Of a stretch of 64,000 bases of DNA, positions 11,076 through 20,748 are shown piece by piece. Source of the stretch: Malacoraja senta (Eukaryota); assembly GCA_038087875.1 (NCBI GenBank), contig CM075977.1, positions 228,346,001-228,410,000 on the forward strand. The letters are read 5' to 3'. How positions within the stretch are numbered: position 1 is the stretch's first letter; each line of letters opens with the position of its first letter. A program made the translations under genes and the position numbers. The notes beneath the pieces were generated by a model. It was not told where the DNA came from. It saw only the letters and a list, made by a program, of their open reading frames with translations, and ran no database searches.

Positions 11076-13496
11076 GAAAACAGAGACAGAGAAATTAAGG
11101 AACTCTGTCAACAACAAAGGCTAAAGGAATTGGAAGAGAAACGGCATTCGTGGGCTGCTGGTGAACGAAGTATCTTTGGAAGGAGTAGTAGCGAAAATGA
11201 TGTGAAACTGCTCATCAAGGATGGACTACATGACCTTATAGCTTTCACTCATCCGAGATCTCAAAGCCCCGGGGGTGTAAAGAGAACTAGAAGCAGGCGC
11301 TTACGCTCATCGGAAGGTTCTGCTATTGACAGCCATTTATTGTCATTTTTGCAGGCTGTGAGTACAGATGAACAAGTTAAGTCAAACAGTATCCCTCGTT
11401 CTGTTGCACGTTGCTCTAGACAGAGGGTAGCCTGGCAAGAGATGTCAGAAACCCGTGATGGAAGCTTAGACAGTGCCCACTTTGACTCCAATCAGGGCTG
11501 TGCTCATACAACAGTTATAAAAGATAGCTATCTCTGCATGGCTTCAGCTGAGCCATGCACTGCTAGGAATACAGAGACTGCTCCTACAGAGAACTTCACA
11601 AAGACTGAAAGTGAAATTGGTCAGCATGAACAAGATGCCTACAATAACAATGAGAATATAATAAAGGATAATGCCCACACAGAGTATACAGACATCACAA
11701 ACCTAAACCAGATGATCGCCTCCAAACAGCAGCTTGAGCTTCTTGAAGGTTTACAGATTTTCAATTACTCCAGTGTCGCTGACTCTAGCCAAGTGACGAC
11801 GTGTGATGATGTTACACTAACAGACCTGGAGTACAGCGAAGACCTGAGTTTGCATACTCCTACTACAGATGTGGGTTTGTCGACACCGAGTACAGATGTG
11901 AGTGTGCAGACTCCAAGTACAGATGTGGGTATGCAAACTCTCAGTACAGATGTGGGTGTGCAGACTCCAAGTACAGATCTGAGTGTGCAGACACCTAGTA
12001 CAGATGTGAGTGTACAAACTCCTGGTACAGAGGAGAATTTGCAGACTACAGATGCAGATGTCATTGTGCAGGCCTGTGATACAGATATGAGTCCCCTGAT
12101 GTCTAGCACTAGTGTAGGCATTCAGACATCTACTAGCTCTGCTTCTGGTGTATTTTCTGGTCTGGTCTCAAAGATATTTGATGGTGAATCATCCTGCTTT
12201 ATGGGTTCTCGGTCATTACCACAGAAAATAAAGAATACAGAAGGGACTGAAGTATCCATCCAGAGTTCAGATGCAGCTAATAACTCTGTTTTAAACAAGG
12301 AAAGTAGAACTGTGTTTTTTGTTTTGGGATATACAGGTGGTGGAGATTGTTCTGAACCTTCAGAGCAATGTGAAGTAAAAGCTGCCTGCCAGAAAATCCA
12401 AGAATCACAATACCAATTTAAAAGTCCTAAAGGAGATCACACAGAAGTTTCTAATGATTTGTCAGACATGAAAAGGGACAATCCTCTCATTCCCATTACC
12501 AAAAATATTACCATTAATAATGACAGTGCTATTGAGGCAGTCTCTGAGATAATGAACTTACCAAAGGTAGCAAAGCAGATTTGCAGTTTAAAGCAGCCTA
12601 GTACGGTTAGAGGAGAAGCATTGCCCACTCCAAAAACAACTTTGCATTGTTTGAGCCGTCCAGTTCCTCCTAAAACTTCAAGGACAACAAACCACCCTAA
12701 TAATGAGGAAATCAGGAGGGTTTTGCCAATATCAAAGTCAAGTAGAAGATCCAATAGTGTCAGAAGACCAGAAGCAAAAGCATTAAGTAGTGATGAACAA
12801 AAACACTCTCAAAAGGCTTCAGGGTCAAAGTGGCGAGACAATTGGTCAAAGATTCCTCGCAGGTCTAGCTATCCAGTGGCAGAACAAAAGCCAACAAAAG
12901 AAACTGCTGCTTTGGCTAATTCATCTAATAGCATTACAAAGCGTAAAGACTCCCTCAGAAAACCTAGTGCTAAGCCAGTCCGAAATATTCCCAAGCCAAA
13001 GCCTGATGAAAGCAGCAAGATTTGTCGCTCAGTTACAAGAAGCGTCCCCAGGCACAGCACAAATACAGGTGGAACAACAGAATCCATGGAAGGAAATAGT
13101 AATTCAGCCTCACCAATGCTTACTCCCAGCTTTGCCAGAAACACTGTGGCCTCTTCCTCTCGACGGCAGAGGACAGATTCCAGACCGATTCCCAGCACAC
13201 CTCCGCAGTCCACCAAAGCAACAAACCTCACCAGAACCTCTTCGCAGAGGCAAACTATGCCCGAATACGTTGGAACAAATCATACAAAGAGCAGTGAAAA
13301 TACCAACATGAAACGGCCAAGTACCCAAAAACTGGGGAGCAAGACTGAAGAGGAGGATAAGGCACCAACATGCAAAACACTGTCCACCTACACAGGCGAC
13401 AACACTTTGCAAAAATCAACTGAAAAGAAACACCTTCCAGCCACAGATTCCATTAGAAGCAAGAAAACTCCAGAAAGATCATCGAAGTGGAAGTAA
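11076..13496 (+). CDS. FHDC1: Terminal coding exon of FHDC1 (long low-complexity tail with C-terminal microtubule-binding region)
   Basis: Acceptor ccccatAG ends at 11075; frame continues ENRDRE... into ORF 11130..13496 to TAA. Contains RHSWAAGE, RSSSENDVKLL and TPSFARNTVASSSRR, motifs I recognise from FHDC1/INF1. Confidence 0.9.
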   Translation, partial: ENRDREIKELCQQQRLKELEEKRHSWAAGERSIFGRSSSENDVKLLIKDGLHDLIAFTHPRSQSPGGVKRTRSRRLRSSEGSAIDSHLLSFLQAVSTDEQVKSNSIPRSVARCSRQRVAWQEMSETRDGSLDSAHFDSNQGCAHTTVIKDSYLCMASAEPCTARNTETAPTENFTKTESEIGQHEQDAYNNNENIIKDNAHTEYTDITNLNQMIASKQQLELLEGLQIFNYSSVADSSQVTTCDDVTLTDLEYSEDLSLHTPTTDVGLSTPSTDVSVQTPSTDVGMQTLSTDVGVQTPSTDLSVQTPSTDVSVQTPGTEENLQTTDADVIVQACDTDMSPLMSSTSVGIQTSTSSASGVFSGLVSKIFDGESSCFMGSRSLPQKIKNTEGTEVSIQSSDAANNSVLNKESRTVFFVLGYTGGGDCSEPSEQCEVKAACQKIQESQYQFKSPKGDHTEVSNDLSDMKRDNPLIPITKNITINNDSAIEAVSEIMNLPKVAKQICSLKQPSTVRGEALPTPKTTLHCLSRPVPPKTSRTTNHPNNEEIRRVLPISKSSRRSNSVRRPEAKALSSDEQKHSQKASGSKWRDNWSKIPRRSSYPVAEQKPTKETAALANSSNSITKRKDSLRKPSAKPVRNIPKPKPDESSKICRSVTRSVPRHSTNTGGTTESMEGNSNSASPMLTPSFARNTVASSSRRQRTDSRPIPSTPPQSTKATNLTRTSSQRQTMPEYVGTNHTKSSENTNMKRPSTQKLGSKTEEEDKAPTCKTLSTYTGDNTLQKSTEKKHLPATDSIRSKKTPERSSKWK
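11856..12131 (+). repeat. Coding 27-bp tandem repeat (unit TPSTDVSVQ), 6 well-conserved plus about 4 degenerate units
   Basis: Units start at 11856, 11883, 11910, 11937, 11964, 11991, 12018 and so on: TPTTDVGLS/TPSTDVSVQ/TPSTDVGMQ/TLSTDVGVQ/TPSTDLSVQ/TPSTDVSVQ/TPGTEENLQ. Confidence 0.95.
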
Positions 13497-15277
13497 AATG
13501 TTTTATTGATGTAGAGCTTAGGGCAGTAGCAAGTTAAAATCTTTGTAGATCTTCCCGAATGGAAGTTCTCCCTTTGTGTGCCTGCAGTTCAATTTTCCAT
13601 TGGTATGTATTGGTGTTCTGCATTGGTCAAACATACCGCGTCTTGCCGGCAGGAATCAGTTACCTTTTGTGAACCATCCTTTGTGGCACCAAGAAATGGA
13701 GCAGAAAACTGCCAGGACCAGCTCTGCCTTTTAGACGTGAGTCTCTTGCCATTCATTCACAAATTAATTGATGTACCGAAAAAGCCTGTTGGCCTTATCG
13801 CATCTTACATGGCAGCAAGAGGCAGAGATTGAAAATCCAGTGGGGGAATGATAATTGAATTTGAAAATAATAATCCCATTCGACAGAGGTCGAACCAGAT
13901 CTCAGCAGCATTTGGTTTGTCGCAACGTATTTGCTAATTCCTCAGGAAGAAGTACCGATCCATGGTATTTTCAGGATTAAGTTTGAGTGCTGCTTCTCCA
14001 TAATGGATTTTGATCCATTACATGAAAATGTCAAGAAGCTAAGCTAGCTTTATATCTCTCTGCAGCTGGTGAATGTATCTTTTTAAAATGTCAAGATTAA
14101 ATCTTCAAATTTTTAGAAGATGGCTATTTATAGTTATGGTGGGCTACTACTTTCTTTTTAAGGGAGGAAAGTACTGGTGCTAAGGAATAGAAATGTATAG
14201 AGAAACTAGTGAACGAATGAGTGGGCTGGAGTTTCCACTTGATTACATAGTTGCAGCACAATAATTTATTTTTTGTATTGTGATATGAATAATGTGTATA
14301 ATACACAGTGCATAGCATATTCTGTACAGTATTGGTATATGTTAGTTAAACTCCATGGATGGGATAACTATTGTGTTCAGTCACTTTCACCAAGGGCTCA
14401 TTACCATTAGTGGGCTTGCAAGAGATTGGAACCAAGGATCGAAGGGACCACTGTATGTAGCTGAGACAAGTCAATATAAATTGATACTTCTTCTGGTCGC
14501 CCCTATGTTAGAGGAGTCACATGAGCGCAAACCAGTGAACATTGTAACGTTCTTACTCTGAAACACAACAATAATCCATTCCATGTCGAATGTTGGCTGG
14601 TGAATTTTGAACACAAGCAGTGCCATGAAACAGCCGCACACTTTGTAGTTAATGATATCCTTATATTTAATATTGTGCTATTATGCATATGGGGATGTTG
14701 CACTTTCTTCAACAGTTGTCTTTTTACTGATCTAATTAAATATGAAAGCTGCTCATTTGTCTGCAACTGCTTTGTTAGGCCTGTGCCTGTCCTAGCAATG
14801 GCGTATAGGACATTTCCTGCTCTCGTTCTGTAGTGTTTTTTATGGGGCTAAGTTACACCCTAATTTCTCTCCAGGTGGTACTTTAATCTAAAAAATATAT
14901 ATTTTTGTTAGATATGAGATCATTATATCTCTTAACAGACACACATACTGCCTGTGAAATGGACTAGACTGAATGTGGGTAGGACTGAGAGGTTCCTGGC
15001 TTCTGAAGCTGCCCCATTTACTTGAGATGAATGTTTTTTACTATTGGCAGATTAAGGAATTCCAGTCTCTTTTTGTTTGTAATTCAATTAGCATGGGGTG
15101 TTACTACACATCCGCAATAGTGTTAGAGTTTAGTGTAATATAACAAGACTGATTTACATCCTGAAGAGGTCAATTTTAAAGTGTCTATTTTTTTCGTCTT
15201 CATAATTTACAAGCGTTTGCTCATTTGGATTTGAGGATTGAACTTGGTTTCATTGTCCATTCCACCCCTTGTCTATT

Positions 15278-15291
15278 GCGCCCTCTGGTGG
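15278..15291 (-). promoter_or_regulatory. CTCF-like core motif
   Basis: Reverse strand reads CCACCAGAGGGCGC, a perfect match to CCASYAGRKGGCRS; outside any recognised TE. Confidence 0.5.
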
Positions 15292-15677
15292 CATTGTGTA
15301 ACATATTTATGGTAATTGCTTTCTTTTATCGTTCCATCAGCATCCACCCTCATTAACTATTAAATTGTAATGGCTCAATGGGCGTTCAAATTTTAAGATT
15401 ACCTTACATTTGTAAACAAAAGTGATGTATCTCTGTAAATTGAAATGAAGTGTTGTAGTATTTGCACGTTCCACATAACTCCTGTTCAGTCAAGTATTAA
15501 AAGTCAGTTCTGTCCCATTAAATAGAGATTGTGTTGTCTACTTATTGCAATGTGCTTTCCTAATGAAGCTTTATAAAGATTAACTGTTAGAAACTGCAAT
15601 CTAAATTGGGCCTATTGGTGTGCAAAATTGGGACGGTGATTTGCTCTGCCAATATTCAGTTCCATTCTGAATAATAT

Positions 15678-15986
15678 AGTTTAGTTTCTAGATACAGCGT
15701 GGAAACAGGCCCTTCGGTCCACCGAGTCCACGCTGACCAATGATCCAGTGATCCCCATACACTAGCACTATCCTACACACAATAGGGACAATTTACAATT
15801 ATACCAAGCTAACTAACTTACAAACCTATACGTCTTTGGAGTGTGCGAAGAAACCGGATATCCCAGTGAAAACCCACGCAGGTCACGGGGAGAATGTACA
15901 AACTCCGTGCAGGTAAGCACCCGTAGTCATGATCGAACCCGGGTCTCTGACACTATAAGGCAGCAACTCTACCACTGTGCCGCCGT
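15678..15986 (-). mobile_element. HE1/V-SINE-type tRNA-derived SINE
   Basis: Minus strand: ggcacagtggtagag (A-box-like), gggttcgatc (B-box-like), V-domain gagtttgtacattctccccgtgacctgcgtggg, HER1-like tail aagggcctgtttcc. Confidence 0.8.
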
Positions 15987-18267
15987 CTACTGCTACACCA
16001 CCGTGCATAATAGGGGTTGATGGAACGATGATAGGGGTTGAATTTTGCAGCCTCGATGGCAAAGATAGATGAATGAATTAATACGTTTATTGGCCAAGTA
16101 TTCACATACAAGATGCTTTGCAAAATCACACTAATTGAAATGTGATTGAAGTTTTGCATCATAAAATCCCAAAGAGAGATCTGTGATAGCAATCTTCTAA
16201 CTTTGAAGAGTTAGTATTTATTCTTTTCCCACTGTGTCCACGTATTCATTACTGGATTACAGTGGGAGTTGGAAAGATGGAGAACTGAGCATATGGATGT
16301 CAGTGGGTGTTTAGTAATGGACGCATACATAAGCAGCAAAATAGGATATAACCCCTTGAATGTGATCTACATTCAAAAGTACATCTGATCTTGGCTGTCC
16401 ATTCCCTGAACCGGTTGTCCCCAGGTTGCAGCAGGGTTCTGTGCCTGTCTGTAAATAACAGTTCACAATTTGGAAATGTGTCCGTGAACGGAGTTCCCAC
16501 ACAGCAGAAGTTGCCTGCACCCCGCAGCAGCTGGCAAATCCAACCTACAATCGGTCATCCAATTGTTTATTTGTATGTATGGGCTGTACATAAGTCACCC
16601 GTTCATAAACTGTAACTCTTGATTTCCAGGTCATCTATCTGAACCTTGAGTATATTCAATGACTCAATCACCTCAGCTGTCTTGGGTAAATGTTTTTTTA
16701 ATATTTGAAAGCTACAAGAAGGATACTAAAACATGCCGACTCTTGTGTACTGACTCAGTATGGTCTATCTTACACTCAGTATAACTGTGCCTAATGTATA
16801 GTAGAATCATCACTGAATTGTATACAAAAACATAATTTCACTGTACTTCGGTACACAGGACAATAAAGTACCATTGATAAAGTATTATTGAACTATTAAA
16901 TAATTCCAAATGCTCTGTGAGTGGAAAGAAAATACACTCATCAGACTAAAAGATAGACTCCATAATCTAGAGCAATTCCCCCTCGGTCCTGGGTCGCCAA
17001 CATGTAAACATTGTCTCAGTATTCACCCTGTCAAGCCCAGACTCTTACACATTTCAGTAAGTTCATCTCCCATTCTAAACACCAATGAGCGTATGTTCAA
17101 TCTGCTCAACTTCTCCAAGGCAACCCCAAGTGAACTTTCTCTGAACTTCTTTTAATAGAAATATATTGGTGACCTGTTGCCTTGGAGAATAGCAACCAGT
17201 GTGAATGGGACATGGGATTAAATGGGAAGGTATGACACTTATGATAAAAAAAAAAGGGACTGGCCAGGTTGTGGAACACCTGATTTATGGAAATCTGCCT
17301 TTATGAAAAATTATCATTAATTTTTTAAGATTTTTTTCAAGATAGTAATATATTTCATGATATCATTAATAACCCGGATGCGGTATATCTTTCATCAGAT
17401 ACATTATGGGAAATGTTAAGGAGAACATAGAAAATATTCAATGAAGTAAAAGAATTATGGGAAGTATGCAGTGATATGCTATGGGCAGTGACAAAAAAAG
17501 TTATATTTTTGAAAAATCAGTAAATGCAGTTCCTCAGCAAATGGAACCTTACGTAACCCAGAGACAACCTGTTATCTGCTATCCCACTTCAACTTTCTGA
17601 GCTCCCTTTTATACATCAGAGCACCGGTTACCATGCTCTCTTTCACACACAGGGGCATGGTTCATGCACTCCCTTTCACACACTGGGACTTCAGTTGCAA
17701 CGCTCCAATTACACTGACAGTGCCCAGTTTCAACACCCACATTAAACTCAGCATTTATTCCTGCATTCGTTTGAATCTCACCCAGCTTTGTTTTTAGCAC
17801 TCCTTTGAAACTTGGTCAGGCCTCGTTTCCCGTGTCCTTTGAACTTACCGTATTAACTGGAAAATGTATTATTCTACTGTGTAATATCTCAAGAAAGTGT
17901 TGGAGAATTAATAAAAAGAAATCCAATTGGCCAGAAAATCTACTAGTTCACCACCAAGACTGAGCATTCTGGATTAACAGGACTTTACTGTAGGTGTGGG
18001 TTAAACAACACGTTGGAGAATCATTGGGTATCCATGGTGTGGCAATGTGAGTGATTTAGTACACATTGCTCTGATGTATAGTGTTAGTTGGCATTTTAAC
18101 ATTAAAATTTGCTGACACTTTCCTCGTGAACTGCACATGATAAAAGTTCATAGCATTGTGATTAATTAATTAGCAAGGATTGAGAACTAGCTAACAAATT
18201 GGGATAAAAGAGCCATTTTCATATTAGCAAAGAATCTGGAAAGGGGAACATTCAACATTTCAGGTCT

Positions 18268-18479
18268 TGTAAGATATCACGGCTTCAGCTAGTAGATAGA
18301 AACAAGCACAGGTTTTCAGTGGACGCTGTTGCCAGTGTGGGTCTTCTTTATTGTGCAAAAGTACACTGCACATACTCATATTCACGAGACTGATAAGATA
18401 TAGAATATATCACATGACATAGATCATACCATTATAGTACTCAGTTCTTAAAGTTACAGTTACCATTATATACACTACA
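18268..18479 (-). repeat. 3' LTR of the Gypsy element
   Basis: TGTA...TACA termini, AATAAA on the minus strand, preceded by the PPT; homologous to 34119-34335. Confidence 0.9.
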
Positions 18480-19241
18480 CTGCTCTCCCCTTAGAAGGTA
18501 AAAAAACTTGTAAATTAGACAAACAAGAATAATTTTACAAATGTAATCTGACGACTGGTTTACACACTCGTTCTGATCTGCTGAGTGGTTTAGGGGGTCA
18601 AGTTGTGGGTCTAAACGAGAGTCAAGTTCAGGATCATTTACCTTTGTCTCGACTTTCTTTGGAGATTCTGCTCTTACATCTGAACTTGGAATAATACCAA
18701 GGTCTGACAGATCTACTTCTTCGTCTGTGCTTTGCTCTTGTACCGGTTCATCCCTTGCTGGGATCATATGGTTTATGTGCACACTTCTAACATGTCCTCC
18801 AATTCCCACCAAGTATTTCCTGGTACCACACACTTCAACTACTGTTCCCACCTCCCATTTGTTTGTAAGGGGGGCTGAGAACACGAATCTGATCATATAT
18901 ATTGAACTTACATTCTTTTTGACTTCCACTATAATGACGTTTCTGATCAGATTGTTTGCATTCAACCTTAGGAGATAGGTTAGGTAGAACCAAATTCAGT
19001 CTAGTTCTGAGACTTCTTTTCATAAAATCAGCAGGCATATACCCGGTGGTAGATTGTGGCGTGGTACGATATTTCAGTAAGAAACTAGCTAGCCGCTGTC
19101 ACATACTGAATTTTGAATTCCCTTCAAGAACTTGTTGCTTGAGCTCCTTTAATTATCCTGACTGACCTTTCAGCTGCGTCGTTAGATGCCAGATGGTAAT
19201 TTGGCACTAAGCTATGCTTGATTCCATTTAGCTTCATGTAA

Positions 19242-20270
19242 TTATGGGCCGTTGTCAGAGACAAGCTCTTCAGGTAATCCATGACATGCAAAGATAGACC
19301 GCAATGCCTCTATTGTCCTTTCTGTTGTGTTTGTACCCATATGTATCACCTCAATCCACCTATCGACTAAAACAAGAAAATTATTATTCCCATGTTCACA
19401 AAAATCCACATGAACCCTCTGAAAAGGTCTTGTAGGCCAAGACCATGTTTGCAAAGGGGTTTTGGCAGGCCTACTTCTACAACTCTGACAGGTGCGACAT
19501 TTGCTTGCCATTGCTTCTATGTCATTGTCCAATCCTGGCCAATACGTGCAACCTCTGGCTGTAGACTTCATTCCCACAATACCTGTGTGTTCACTATGGA
19601 GTTGTTTATGTAATCTTTGTCTTAAACAATTGGGTACTACAACTCTGTGACCACATTTAATACACCCTTGCTCATATGACAGTCCATGTCGTCTATTGTG
19701 ATAAGGTTTTAGTTCATTAGTACATTGTTTTATTTCTGACCATCCACACAAAGTTTGTTCATATACTTGTTTTAGCACTGTGTCTTTTTGAGTTTCAGCA
19801 GCAATTTCAGCTGCTGTGACTGGAAAGTCATTGTCCACTGCTTCTGTAACATAGATAGCACCTTCAGTGCTCACATCTGATGCTTCATGAGGCAAACGCG
19901 ACAATGCATCAGCGATAGCATTTTCTTTTGAGCTGCGGTACTCAATGCTGTAGTCATACTGTGACAGGAGAACTGCCCAGCGCTGCATCCTCGAGGCTGC
20001 CATTGTAGGTATTGCTGACCGAGGACCAAGAATAGCGAGAAGTGGCCTATGATCAGTAACCAGGGTGAATTTCCCACCCAACAGATACTGATTGAATTTC
20101 TTGATCCCAGAGATGATACCAAGGGCTTCTTTTTCGATTTGTGCATAATTACGCTCACTCTTGGTAAATGTACGTGATGCAAATGCTATAGGCTTTATTG
20201 TCCACGTTCCATTACATGTGAAATCACAGCCCCAACCCCACAACTAGACGCATCACAAGCTAACTTTAGC
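19242..20270 (-). pseudogene. Gypsy pol: RNase H and integrase remnant
   Basis: LKLACDAS...PIAFASRT...YAQIEKEALGII...TDHRPL; H..H..C..C zinc finger; RVHVDF; ELVSDNGP. Frameshifts present. Confidence 0.92.
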
Positions 20271-20748
20271 CCGAGAGCCGTTGGAGAGGTCGCAGAGGGA
20301 GGAGCTACACCCGAGCGGTAGGATTTAAAGAGGAGCGCGGGGCTTGCTTCTACAGAGGCCCGAGAGCCGTTGGAGAGGTCGCAGAGGGAGGAGCTACACC
20401 CGAGCGGTAGGATTTAAAGAGGAGCGCGGGGCTTGCTTCTACAGAGGCCCGAGAGCCGTTGGAGAGGTCGCAGAGGGAGGAGCTACACCCGAGCGGTAGG
20501 ATTTAAAGAGGAGCGCGGGGCTTGCTTCTACAGAGGCCCGAGAGCCGTTGGAGAGGTCGCAGAGGGCGGAGCTACACCCGAGCGTTAGGATTTAAAGAGG
20601 AGCGCGGGGCTTGCTTCTACAGAGGCCCGAGAGCCGTTGGAGCGGTCGCAGAGGGAGGAGCTACACCCGAGCGGTAGGATTTAAAGAGGAGCGCGGGGCT
20701 TGCTTCTACAGAGGCCCGAGAGCCATTGGAGCGGTCGCAGAGGGAGGA
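20269..20748 (+). repeat. 89-bp GC-rich tandem repeat (5 full units plus a partial) at the 5' end of a CR1-type LINE
   Basis: gcccgagagcc recurs at 20269, 20358, 20447, 20536, 20625, 20714; units differ at only a few positions. Confidence 0.96.

Noticed and set aside
11261-13412. Overlapping antisense and alternate-frame ORFs within the FHDC1 last exon
   Set aside because: Shadows of a long coding exon and its tandem repeat; no independent motifs.
15625-15642. 18-mer aaattgggacggtgattt nearly repeated at 57424-57441
   Set aside because: The similarity does not clearly extend; it is too short to call a repeat family or regulatory element.
13497-15660. FHDC1 3' UTR end and poly(A) site
   Set aside because: Several ATTAAA hexamers (about 15358, 15496, 15517) are present, but none can be chosen without transcript data.
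20269-20748. Regular repeat array as a CRISPR
   Set aside because: Units are contiguous and near-identical with no unique spacers, there are no cas genes, and the context is vertebrate.
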